Shown here piece after piece: positions 27,644 through 40,018 of a DNA stretch of 64,000 nucleotides. Under the pieces are notes generated by a model that did not search any database, was not told the origin of the DNA, and saw only the letters and a program-made list of their open reading frames with translations. Position 1 is the first letter of the stretch, and every line of letters begins with the position of its first letter. Source of the DNA: Amphiscolops sp. MND2022 (lineage: Eukaryota); NCBI GenBank assembly GCA_964187785.1, contig OZ076409.1, forward strand, positions 30,010,001-30,074,000, given 5' to 3'. Both the position numbers and the translations under genes were made by a program.

Positions 27644-30600
27644 AGAAGAAATTGAGCATTTCAACTTCAATCACAAACACCTAATTAGCAACTAAGTGAC
27701 TCTGATTCTCAGGTGTAACCCGTGAAAAAAAAGATTCAATTTCAAACTTTTCTTGTCAGAGAACACATAATGCAAAATAGTTCAGTGAACATTTTTTTTA
27801 TTTCAGGACTTCGGAGCTTGAGCTAATTATTGCTTGTGGATGTTCAAGTGGTGAGGTGCAGTTTGTTCGTTATCTGTGCTATGGTTTTCTTTCAACACCA
27901 TTTTCTTTCATTGTTTTGGAAGTTTAAATATACTTGTGTCAACTCAGTGAATAATTCTTTTTTCGGTCTCTTGTGCTGCACAAGCAAGCAGTGAACTTTT
28001 TAAAAACTCGCGATAATGTTATTTTGACGAAAACTCGCTCATGTTCATCTCATTGAACTGTCAGCAAGTTTCAGAAAACTTCCGGCGCACACACCTGTGA
28101 CCATTTTCAAAACAAATCAAGTTAGGTTTTAAAACGAATGATTAAGGGTCGTCCGATTGTGCTGCCACGGGAATGTCTAATTTGCAATTTGATATCCAAC
28201 GTTCCCTTGTTTAATTTTTCGGTTTGCAGAAAACTGCCGTTACAATACTTGAGCGAATAGGTAAAAATTTCATCGCTAAATACAGCCTAATTTTCCAGGT
28301 AGGTTGCTGCGAGCATCGTGACTCAACCAAGGCTGAATGTTTTTCGGTTGGTGTCAGACAATCAACAAAAAGTGCATAGCAACAAATTGTACATTGCGTG
28401 ACTGATTTCACTACGCAGAGAAAATTACCCAGAGAACTGCAATCAAGCTATCAATTCTACCAACTCCAATACGAGCAGCAGGGTGAAGGCCATGCATCGA
28501 TGAGAGCAGAACGCGGAATGAAATTGAGTTTTGAAAGCTCAAAAGGAAAACTTGAAAGTAAATAGTCTCAGTGCTGAGTTTGGTCTTGCAGCTTTATACG
28601 AATTCTTCCGACTTGTATACAGCGATCGCACTGTATCAGAACAGTGGCTAAACTGGGATTGCTGTCTGTTCTGCTGAGCAGAACTTGAATTGCTGCTGCT
28701 GCTGTTGTTGGTGTGTATGATTGAATACGAAGAAGAAAAATTGACTTGCGACATCTGAATACTGGTTTGGAAATCCACAGGAAAAAAGTGAATTAATAGT
28801 CTTACAGAGTGACCAGGAATTTGTTGTTCTTGCTAGCACTTTCATTCTGAATCGTGAGATGAATTTTGTGAATCCTGGCGCAAAATTATTTTCATGAACC
28901 TTTGCAAACCATGTATTTTCAGTTGACGTCGACAGTGTTGAAAAAATTTTATGACAGTTTCCAGAAACATTTCTGAACGTGTACTCCATAAAACTAGGTC
29001 AAAAACAACCTACAATCACTTTTCCAAAGCCCGACTCCAAAACGGATTCTATTAGTATAGAAATTATTTCCCACAAACTATCGAATTTTTACCGTTTAAA
29101 CATTGTGCTTCTTGTGTTGATATTGCGTGCCCGGTAACGCTGAGTCGAAAACTTCAATTCAAGCAGGCTGTGTGGTCTGAGTGATTATTCCTGCAGCTAG
29201 ATACCATACTAATCTGAATAGTATTGAGCGATCGAATCACTGGGGTCACACTACTGTTTTGATGGGGCAATCGAAGACTAGTCGCTCATATCCTGAAGTC
29301 TTACATCAACTGCTTCGGGTTTGATTCATTACTTCACTGACAGGTTGCCGTCTCACTCATTGATGTGAAAGCGACTCCTTCATGGAAACGTGGCTCCGGA
29401 AGCAACTGACCAAAAACCAAACGACGTCGAACAAATTGTGACTTTCACGAAAGAGGTTTTTTGAGACTCCAAGTTGTTTTTGTAAAGCTGTTCAAATTTC
29501 ACATTTCTGTGCCAACCGTACCGTACCAACCCTACCGTACCAACCTAACTCCAAGCAAGTGGAGGCTAAGAGCACAGACTGGAGCCCGTTGAGCGCTCTT
29601 GGCCTCCATTTGCTTGGAGTTAGGTTGGTACGGTACGGTTGGCACAGAAATGTGAAATTTGAACAGCTGTACAAAAACAACTTGGAGTTTCTAAAAACCT
29701 CTTTCTTGAAAGTCACAATTTTTTCGACGTCGTTTGGTCTTTGGTCAGTTGCTTCCGGAGCCACGTTTCCATGAAGGAGACGCTTTCAGATCAATGAGTG
29801 AGACGGCACTCTGTCAGTGAAGAATTGAATCAAACCCGAAGCAGTTATCTGTAAGACTTCAGGAGATGAGCGACTTCGATTGTCCCATCAAAACAGTAAT
29901 GTGACCCCAGTTATTCGATCGCTCGATACAATTCAGATTAGTATGGTATCTAGCTGCAGAACTAATCACTCAGACCACACTGCCTGCTTGAATTGAAGTT
30001 TTCGACTCAGCGCTACCGGGCACTCAATTTCAACACAAGAAGCACAATGTTTAAACGGTAAAAATTCGATAGTTTGTGGGAAATATTTTCTATACTAATA
30101 GAATCCGTTTTGGAGTCGGGCTTTGGAAAAGTGATTGTGAGTTGTTTTTGACCTAGTTTTTTGGAGTACACGTTCAGAAATGTTTCTGGAAACTGTCATA
30201 AAATTGTTTCAACACTGTCGACGTCAACTGAAAATACATGGTTTGCAAAGGTTCATGAAAATAATTTTGCGCCAGGATTCACAAAATTCATCTCGCGATT
30301 CAGAATGAAAGTGCTAGCAAGAACAACAAATTCTTTGTCACTCTGTAGGACCATTAATTCACATTTTTTCCTGTGGATTTCCAAACCAGTTTTCAGATGT
30401 GCCAGTCAGGTTTTCTTCTTCGTATTCAATCATACACACCAACAGCAGCAGCAGCAGCAGCAGCAATTCAAGTTCTGCTCAGCAGAACAGACACAGCAAT
30501 CCCAGTTTAGCCACTATTGATACAGTGCGATCGCTGTATACAAGTCGGATGAATTCGTATAAAGCTGCAAGACCAAACTCAGCACTGAGACTATTTACTT

Positions 30601-31564
30601 TCAAGTTTTCCTTTTGAGCTTTCAAAACTCAATTTTCATTCAAACAGTCGAGATGCTACATCTTCGTATCTTCAAAACTCAGGCTCCCTGCTCTCATCCG
30701 GGAACCAGTCCGCGTTCTGTTCTCTTCGACGCATAGCCTTCTCCCTGCTGCTCGTATTGGAGTTGGTAGAATTGATAGCTTGATTGCAGTTCTCTGGGTA
30801 TTTTTCTTTGCGTAAAGAAATCAGTGACGCAATGTAAAATTTGTTGCTATGCACTTTTTGTTGGTTGTCTGACACCAACCGAAAAACATTCAGCCTTGGT
30901 TCAGTCACGATGCTCACAGCAATCTACCTGGAAAATTAGGCTGTATTTAGCGATGAAATTTTTACCTATTCGCTCAAGTATTGTAACGGCAGTTTTCTGC
31001 AAACCGAAAAATTAAGCTAATTGCAAACTCAAATTGCAAATAAGACATTCCCGTGGCAGCACAATCGGACGACCCTTAATCATTCGTTTCAAAACCTAAC
31101 TTGATTTGTTTTGTTGAAAATGGTGACAGGTGTGTGCGCCGGAAGTTTTCTGAAACTTCATACAGTTCAATGAGCTGAACATGAGCAAGTTTTCGTCAAA
31201 ATAACATTATCGCGAGTTTTTAAAAAGTTCACTGCTTGCTTGTGCAGCACAAGAGACCGAAAAAAGAATTATTTACTGAGTTGACACAATTGTTTTTAAA
31301 CTTCCAACTTCCAAAACAATGAAAGAAAATGGTGTTGAAAAACTATAGCACAGATAACGAATTAACTGCACCTCACCAGTTGAACAACCACAACCAATAA
31401 TTAGCTCAAGCTCCTAAGTCCTGAAATTGTTGACTGGACTATTTTGCTTTCTGTGTTCATTGACTAGAAAAGTTTGAAATTGAATCTTTTACTTTCACGG
31501 GTTACACATGAAAATCAGAGTTATTTAGTGTTTGTGATCGAGGTTGAAATGCTCCATTTCTTCA

Positions 31565-31754
31565 TTAGTTTTGTTCTTCGAGTTTCCAGCGCTTGCGGCA
31601 CAGTGTGATGAATTCGTTTTCACCACCAATTGTTATTTCTTCTGGTTCCACTAATGTTCGATGCCTTGTGAAACAACTTCTTTCTTCCGAACACATACCA
31701 CAAATAACGGTCAACATCTTAATTGATTCAACTTTGGGTAGGAGATTGAGAATT
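31565..31754 (-). pseudogene. Thymidine kinase 3' fragment fused to the satellite
   Basis: Reads ILNLLPKVESIKMLTVICGMCSEE..GGENEFITLCRK on the minus strand. Confidence 0.85.
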
Positions 31755-31756
31755 GA

Positions 31757-34132
31757 GATCGGTCGTATTGCCTTATTTATCGATCTATCTATCTTTCAAT
31801 ATACATTACTATACTATATTTCTAAAGTAGCTATAAACACGGTCGTATTGGACTTATATCCGATCTTTTTTTCAATATACAGTTCCATACTATAAGTCTA
31901 AATTAGTTAAGATTCGATGAACACTTTCGTATAGGACTTACATTCGATTTATTTTTCCATTTACAGTACAAAAAGATAGGACTAAAGTAGCTAAGATTCA
32001 ATGAACACAGCCGTATAGGAATTATATTCGATCTATTTTTCAATATGCGGTACCATACAATAACTCTGAAGTAGCTAAGATTCGACGAACACTTTCGTAT
32101 ATGACTTATATCCGATTTATCTTTCCTTTTACAGTACAAAACAGTAGGAGTAAAGTAGCTGAGATACTATGAACACAGCTGTATAGGACCTTTTTTTGAT
32201 CTATATTTCAATATACAGTACCATATAATTGGTCTAAAGTAGCAAAGATTTGATGAACACTGTCGTATAGGGCTTATATTCGATCCTTTTCTCAATATAT
32301 TGTTCCATACTATAAAGTAGCTAAGATTCGATGAACATTTTCGTACAGGACTTATATTTGATCTATCTTTCAATATACAGTATCGTATTATAGGTCTAAA
32401 GTAGCTGAGATTCGATGGACACGGTACTATTGGACTTATAATCGATCTATTTTTCAAGATACTGTTCCATACTCTTAAGTCTGAAAAAGCTAAGATTCGA
32501 TGAACACTTTCGTATAGGACTTACATTCGATTTATTTTTCCATTTACAGTACGAAAAGATAGGACTAAAGTAGCTAAGATTCAATGAACACAGCCGTATA
32601 GGAATTATATTCGATTTATTTTTCAATATGCGGTACCATACAATAACTCTGAAGTAGCTAAGATTCGACGAACACTTTCGTATATGACTTATATCCGATT
32701 TATCTTTCCTTTTACAGTACAAAACAGTAGGAGTAAAGTAGCTGAGATACTATGAACACAGCCGTAGAGGACTTTTGTTCGATCTATCTTTCAATATACA
32801 GTACCATAATATAGGTCTAAAGTAGCAAATAATTGAGGAACACGGTCGTATAGGGCTTTTATTCGATCTTTTTCTCAATATACTGTTCCATACTATAAAG
32901 TAGCTAAGATTCGATGAACATTTTCGTATAGGACTTGTATTTGATCTATCTTTCAAAATACAGTATCGTAATATAGGTCTAAAGTAGCTAAGATTCGATG
33001 GACACGGTAGTATTGGACTTATAATCGATCTCTTTTTCAAGATACTGTTCCATACTATAAAGTCTGAAGAAGCTAAGATTCGATGAACACTTTCGTATAG
33101 AACTTATATTCGATCTTTCAATATACATTACAATACCCTACGGCTAAAATAGCTATGATTCAATGAACACAGCCGTATAGGAGTTATATTCGATTTATCT
33201 TTCAATATACAGGTCATACTTTATCATACTAGGTCTAAAGTAGCTAAGATTCGATGAACACGGTCGTTTAGGACATATATTCGATCTTTTTTCCAATATA
33301 CTGTTCCATACTAGAAAGTAGCTAAGATTCGATGAACACTTTCGTATAGGACTTATATGCGATCTATTTTCCAATATACAGTATTATATTATAGGTCTAA
33401 AGTAGCTAAGATTCGATGAACACGGTAGTATTGGACTTATATTCGATCCTTTTTTCAAGATACTGTTCCATACTATAGAGCCTGAAGAAGCTAAGATTCG
33501 ATGAACACTTTCGTATAGAACTTATATTCGATCTTTCTTTCAATATACAGTACAATACCCTACGGCTAAAGTAGCTAAGATTCAATGAACACAGCCGTAT
33601 AGGAGTTATATTCGATTTATCTTTCAATATACAGTTTCATACTATGTCTAAAGTAGCTAATATTAAGTGAATACGATCGTATGGGTTTCATTTTTGATCA
33701 ATGTTCCATTATACAGTACCATACTATAGGTCTAAAGTAGCTACGATTCAATGAACACAGCCGTATAGGACCTTTGTTTGATCTATCTTTCAATATACAG
33801 TACCATATTTTAGATCTAAAATAGTTAAGATTCGATGAGAACGGTCGTATTGCCTTTTTTATCGATCTATCTTTCAATGTACATTACCATACTATATTTC
33901 TAAAGTAGCTAGGATTCGATGAACACGGTCGTATTGGACTTAAATCCGATCTATTTTTCAATATACAGTTATACTATAAGTCTGAAGTAGCTAAGATTCG
34001 ACGAACAGTTTCGTATAGGACTTATATCTGATTTATCTTTCTATTTACAGTACAAAACAATAGGAGTAAAGTGGCTGAGATACTATGAACACAGCCGTAG
34101 AGGACCTTTGTTCGATCTATCTTTCAATATAC
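31757..34132 (-). repeat. 84-bp tandem array in the P1 right arm (inverted)
   Basis: Reverse complement of the same consensus (aaagtagctaagattcgatgaacac...). Confidence 0.97.
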
Positions 34133-34550
34133 ACTTTTCTGAAACTTGCTGACAGTTCAATGAGCTGAACATGAGCGAGTTTTCGTCAAAATAACATTAT
34201 CGCGAGTTTTTAAAAAGTTCACTGCTTGCTTGTGCAGCACAAGAGACCGAAAAAAGAATTATTCACTGAGTTGACAAATATTTTTAAACTTTCAAAACAT
34301 CGAAAGAAAATGGTGTTGGAAGAAATCTCTGTAGTACAGAAAACGAATTAACTGCACCTCACCAGTTGAACATCCACAACCAATAATTAGCTCAAGCTCC
34401 CAAGTCCTGAAATTGTTGACTGGGCTATTTTGTTTTATGTGTTCATTGACTAGAAAAGTTTGAAATTGAATCTTTTACTTTCACGGGTTACACATGAAAA
34501 TCAGAGTTATTTAGTGTTTGTGATCGAGGTTGAAATGCTCCATTTCTTCA

Positions 34551-34740
34551 TTAGTTTTGTTCTTCGAGTTTCCAGCACTTGCGGCACAGTGTGATGAATT
34601 CGTTTTCACCACCAATTGTTATTTCTTCTGGTTCCACTAATGTTCGATGCCTTGTGAAATATCTTCTTTCTTCCGAACACATACCACAAATAGCGGTCAA
34701 CATCTTAATTGATTCAACTTTGGGCAGGAGATTGAGAATT
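34551..34740 (-). pseudogene. Thymidine kinase 3' fragment within a duplication of 31146 onward
   Basis: ORF 34551-34784 reads ILNLLPKVESIKMLTAICGMC...LCRKCWKLEEQN. It has the same satellite junction as 31754. Confidence 0.85.
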
Positions 34741-34742
34741 GA

Positions 34743-35700
34743 GATCGGTCGTTTTGCCTTATTTATCGATCTATCAATATACATTACTATACTATATTTC
34801 TAAAGTAGCTAAGATTCGATAAACACGGTCGTATTGGACTTATATCCGATCTTTTTTTCAATATACAGTTCCATACTATAAGTCTAAATTAGTTAAGATT
34901 CGATTAACACTTTCGTATAGGACTTACATTCGATTTATTTTTCCATTCACAGTACAAAAAGATAGGACTAAAGTAGCTAAGATTCAATGAACACAGCCGT
35001 ATAGGAATTATATTCGATCTATTTTTCAATATGCGGTACCATACAATAGGAGTAAAGTAGCTGAGTTACTATGAACACAGCCATATAGGACCTTTGTTCG
35101 ATCTATCTTTCAATATACAGTACCATATAATTGGTCTAAAGTAGTAAAGATTTGATGAACACTGTCGTATAGGGCTTATATTCGATCTTTTTCTCATTAT
35201 ATTGTTCCATACTATAAAGTAGCTAAGATTCGATGAACATTTCCGTATAGGACTTATATTCGATCTTTCTTTCAATATACAGTATCGTATTATAGGTCTA
35301 AAGTAGCTAAGATTCGATGGACACGGTACTATTGGACTTATAATCGATCTATTTTTCAAGATACTGTTCCATACTCTGAAGTCTGAAGAAGCTAAGATTC
35401 GATTAACACTTTCGTATAGGACTTACATTCGATTTATTTTTCCATTTACAGTACAAAAAGATAGGACTAAAGTAGCTAAGATTCAATGAACACAGCCGTA
35501 TAGGAATTATATTCGATCTATTTTCAATATGCGGTACCATACAATAGGAGTAAAGTAGCTGGGATACTATGAACACAGCCGTATAGGACCTTTGTTTGAT
35601 CTATCTTTCAATATACAGTATCATATTTCAGATCTAAAATAGTTAAGATTCGATGAGAACGGTCGTATTGCCTTATTTATCGATCTATCTTTCAATATAC
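34743..35700 (-). repeat. 84-bp tandem array, distal P1 right arm (inverted)
   Basis: Same consensus; it runs directly into the subterminal sequence catgtttacagctctttagcc. Confidence 0.97.
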
Positions 35701-37884
35701 ATGTTTACAGCTCTTTAGCCGAAATTATTCTCAGATTCTCATTGCACTTTTTGGGCTCCCGAGTCGAGATTATTCTAAGTCTGAAAAGCCAATTTTGACG
35801 AATAGTAAATGAAATTTGACAGCTGAGTGATAAAATATACAAAATTTGACAGTTCAAACAAAATGATCTTTGACCTTTCTGACTTAGACGAATTTCGGTT
35901 TGGGATCGAAAAATTACACTCGGTGGTTTGGTATCGAAAAATTGCAGATGATGGTTTGGGATCTATTTTGACGTATAGTAAATGGAATTTGACAGCCGAA
36001 ACTTGACAGTTGAAATTTTCCAAAATTTTTGCCAAGTCCCGGATTCGACTGGGGAACTTCAGGGAAATGGAAGTCAGGGTACAAATGTGATGAAACGTAT
36101 CATTGGCGTGAGAAACCCAAAAAAAACTGCCGAAAATATGAACACACCCCCGCCCTCCCCACACTCTACTACATGTTAAAAAATTGAAAAATTGATTTTT
36201 CCAAAAAAAGCAGAAATGGCGGGGAACATTCCCAAATGTGATGAAACGCTTCGTTGGCGTCAGAAACCTGGAACAAAAATTGTCAAAAAAGTAAACACAC
36301 CCCCTCCATATTTACTCTACATGCAAAAATCGCAAAATTTAAAAAAAAACCACCAATGTTGTGGAACAAAGTCATCGCAAATAAGAATTTCAAAATCAAG
36401 AGTGTCCATGACTTGTCAACTCAATTTATACCACTGGATGATTAACTTCGAATGGATGCTATGCCGCTTTATGTGAAGTTTGATATGAGGCAAATAATGC
36501 ATTTCACAGAAATACATACTGAGCAAATGTATAGAACAAATATAGAACTCTAAGACCTTAACAAATCTTGGTTCGTTTTTATTTGTCTAGTTTTAGGCTG
36601 TAAATGGCAAGATTCTTGTACCTATCAAGCGAGACTTTGCCAGTCGGTTGTCTACCACTAATACTATTCATCTCATATTCTAAGCTTCCAGGCGTTTAGT
36701 ATTTCAGTTAATTAGAACGACAGATCAAAGATATCCCCTGTGAAGTCATCAATCACCGAGTTTTGGGTTTTCTAGAGAAACATTTTACGCTAACGAAACT
36801 TCTCACCCTCGTCCTCATCTCAGTTCTTGGGTATTTTGTGGTTCAATGTAACAGTGTGTAATCAAATGGAGGTCTAGTTTACATCCACTGCGCCAATTTT
36901 AGTACTGGATTATTAAGGAAAAAGTAAAACAGATGTAGTCAATTAGACTTAGATCAAAGTACCCCTAGGTCATATCATGTAAATCGAGTGAAGATAATTC
37001 AAGTTACTTGTTTTCTCATCTTCGAAAAACTGTATCGATACTTTTCCAAAATCAAACCCCACATCTCAGGCTGTACAATCCTGCAATGTTTTCGCCCAAC
37101 TGGAGAATAAATTCCATATGCCTATGGAAACTAGATTTCATTGTGTTCAAGTATTTTAGTGATGGTCGAAAAACATGATCACTCCACCATCTAAATATAT
37201 GCTTTCAGGTAATTTCGGCTGATATTAGAATAGATGAAGTAGACATTTCAGCAACTTTTGCAACAAAATGTCTTGCAAACCGGCGGTGTCCTTTCTATTA
37301 CCTGCAAACTAGAAAAGCTTTTATTTGACAGGTTGGAAAAAAGTATATATTTTGACAGAATTGCACGCCAGCGAGAAGCTTTGATTTTTAAAGATTGCCT
37401 TGAAATGAACAGAAAAGAAACCTTACACCAATCTTCGTTTTCAATGTTACGTCTTGAATACCCCCAACTGAGACACGGAGCTTTTACCCTATCAAGAATT
37501 GAATGTTTCAGAATGCATCTACCTATGAATGAGGATTCTAAATAGTGTAAAGTTGTGACCAATCAAGAGTATGGTCTATACCGTCTCGAACATCATATCA
37601 TAACCGCGTTTTCTGCTAAAATTGTCTCTCTTGATGCCGAGAATTACATGGCAATCTCAACAACATGAGACTGACAACATTCGTCAGTTTAAAAAGCAAG
37701 TCTGAAGTGAGTCAGGTTGAGTACGCAAAAACTCCACTGAACAACCTGAGGCACGTTCAATGGCTGTGCTAAACATTTACACATACTGTGTCGGTATCTC
37801 TTTTGAGCTTATCCAGCGTCGCGCTCTACAGAGTCTGTTTGCCTAATTATTTTCAGATTGTTTGACTCACTTTAAAAACAAATG

Positions 37885-38150
37885 CCACTGGGGACACGCC
37901 TATTGAAGCTACTGTTTAGTGATTAATCACAAGTACAAAGGGCCGACGCCGCTTTCATGTTTACACAACGTGTCGCTCTGTTTGATCAATCTGGAATTTG
38001 TAACTACGGAGATATATATCCCACTCTGGACACGCTTGTTGAAGCTACTGTTTAATAAACAATCAATAAATACAAAGTGCCGGTGTCGCTTTCATGTTTA
38101 CACAGCGTGTCGCTTTATTTATTCAATATGGAATTGGCAACTACAGAGAT
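37885..38150 (+). repeat. Two diverged direct repeats of about 135 bp
   Basis: ccact..ggacacgc..ttgaagctactgttta..tacaaag..cgctttcatgtttacaca.cgtgtcgct..ggaatt..aactac.gagat occurs twice. Confidence 0.85.
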
Positions 38151-38507
38151 CTATTGATCCAATACCAATTTTGCATCCGGTCTGCTCGACCAAAACAAAA
38201 ACAATCCATACTAAACTTGTTAACGATGAACTAGCGAATGGAATTGTTTTGAATTTTGAGGTCTCGATTCTGTTTCAATCATTAGTATCTTGTTTCAAAA
38301 CATTCATCGAATTTAGTGAATAAAAAATGGGAAACCATTTAAGTGGTGTTAAAGGTTTGTGCCTGATGAACATTGTTTTGTATGCAACAAGTTCTCTGTT
38401 GTGCCAATTGTCATTGAGCTTCTGTTTACTTCAAGTATCTTGTCAGTTAATTTTTTTCAGATATTTGTCTTGAGATCACCGGTAGCACAGCATAATCACC
38501 AGTCAAA

Positions 38508-38844
38508 ATGTATCAGAAATCAGCCATGACTTTCAGTTCTCTCACATCCGCAAAAGATCTCGAGTTTGGAGATGCCCATATTGATGTGGCATCATCTGGT
38601 CTTACATACATCAACATCAAGTTGTTCAAGAAAAAAGGGGATCAAGATGACTATCGCTTGCAACAGAGTGGGTCTCACTGTCAAGGAGTTTCAGGAAATG
38701 ATAGCGAATGTAGAAAACATTAGCTTGGGCCCTCCCAATCCAGACGGCAGTACGGGGGAGAAGAAAATCAATACGAGGATTGCTCAGAGCTATACGGGGG
38801 CTGCTGACGTCAAGAAGCAAAAAACTGCTGATAAGAAGGAATGA
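38508..38844 (+). pseudogene. PC4/Sub1-like ssDNA-binding protein, one frameshift near 38665
   Basis: Joined frames read ..HIDVASSGLTYINIKLFKKKGDQDDYRLQQ/RVGLTVKEFQEMIANVENI, resembling the PC4 pattern (YxDIRxF...GISLTxxQW). Confidence 0.5.
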
Positions 38845-39790
38845 AAAGTTGTACAACTCATTTCAAAAGTAATTACAGCATACGAGTTTTGCTAATGTTC
38901 CTAGTTTTAATCTGTTTTCATATCCATTAATCGTAGTAAAATAGGTTTTTCGAATGTTTTTGTTTCTCTTTCATTTTTCTTGCATCGGTACATCCCATCT
39001 TCTCAATCGTTTTTTGTTTGATGTGAACTGTGCTATAATGCTTTCTTTTGTTTGCCCCTGATTTTGTCTTTTCTCCAATCTACCCTTTCTATCATTAGTT
39101 TTTTAATCATTTTTTTTCGTTTTGGTTTCCATTGCATTCGCTCCTCTCCTCAATTACGCTCTATCCCATCTTATACTGTAACGTATTGATTTGAGTTTAC
39201 TTTTGTTGAAGTGTTGTTGTTCCCTTCCTGTGGTATCCGATCTTTTTTTGCAACCTTCACCTCTTATACGTTTAAATTAATCACTTGATTTACCTTTTTA
39301 ATGTGCTTTTTTCTATTTTCTCCTGTCGTTGTTCCAATTCTGTACGTTAATGGAGTATTCAATATTTAGCTAATCCGCACTATTTCATTTGTTAGTGGGA
39401 AGCTTTTTTCAATCTTAAAGTCCAGTGAAGTAATATATATTCGATGTCTACAATTTTTCACCTCGTAGGTTTTTGAATTAGTTTCATCATCCGGAGTTTT
39501 TTCGTTGTTGAGATAGTATTGGGTATCAAACACACATCGTGAAAAACTACCCAAAAAATTTTGTCAGACCTTTGTATTTTAAGCAACATTGATGAGAAAC
39601 ATCCTTTTCCGAACGTTTTTGAGTAAAGAATCTTTTCGGTGGCCTTTTCAAAAATGTTCAAGCATCTTGAAACTCGAATTGTCTCATGCAACTGTAAAAC
39701 CCGTGATCCAAGCAGTTTTTTGTTTTTCTTTCATAGTCAATGTGAAGTAATTGTATCAACTTTCATTTACAGTTTTTATGTAGACGAAAC

Positions 39791-40018
39791 ATGGTGGAAG
39801 CAATGCATGAACAACATCAGGACTTTCTCAAACAACATCGGAAAAATTTTCGGTACCTGATGTTAGAAAAGGAACCAAGGATTGGGCTTGACATTCCCTC
39901 AGGATCAAGTTACACATTTGGAGTTCATTCTTTTACCTCTGATTATCTTTGCGGCTTTGAGAAACAACCACACTACCATGTTCTTTTTCAGTGCGATTCT
40001 AATATTAGAAAAGGTTAA
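39791..40018 (+). pseudogene. Unknown protein fragment with an HUH-like motif
   Basis: YTFGVH...KQPHYHVLFQ. It appears to continue out of frame (CLYSTFCLLL...MNRLQVAMKYN). Confidence 0.3.

Larger units (their letters stand above)
23545..36000. mobile_element. Giant fold-back element P1 (about 12.4 kb, arms about 6 kb, 17-nt central loop 29576-29592); right terminus lost
   Basis: 23630-23835 is the reverse complement of 35700-35905, and about 27500-29575 is the reverse complement of 29593-31740. The satellite arrays are mirror-oriented. The left end is AGTAGTAATAGAC followed by G10. Confidence 0.9.

Noticed and set aside
29576..29592. Flip/flop loop isomers between P1 and P2
   Set aside because: The loop remnant reads in the opposite direction in P2, but a palindrome has no independent orientation marker, so this is uninformative.
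24125..35700. 84-bp arrays as a CRISPR array
   Set aside because: The whole unit repeats with scattered substitutions. There are no unique spacers and no cas genes, and the context is eukaryotic.
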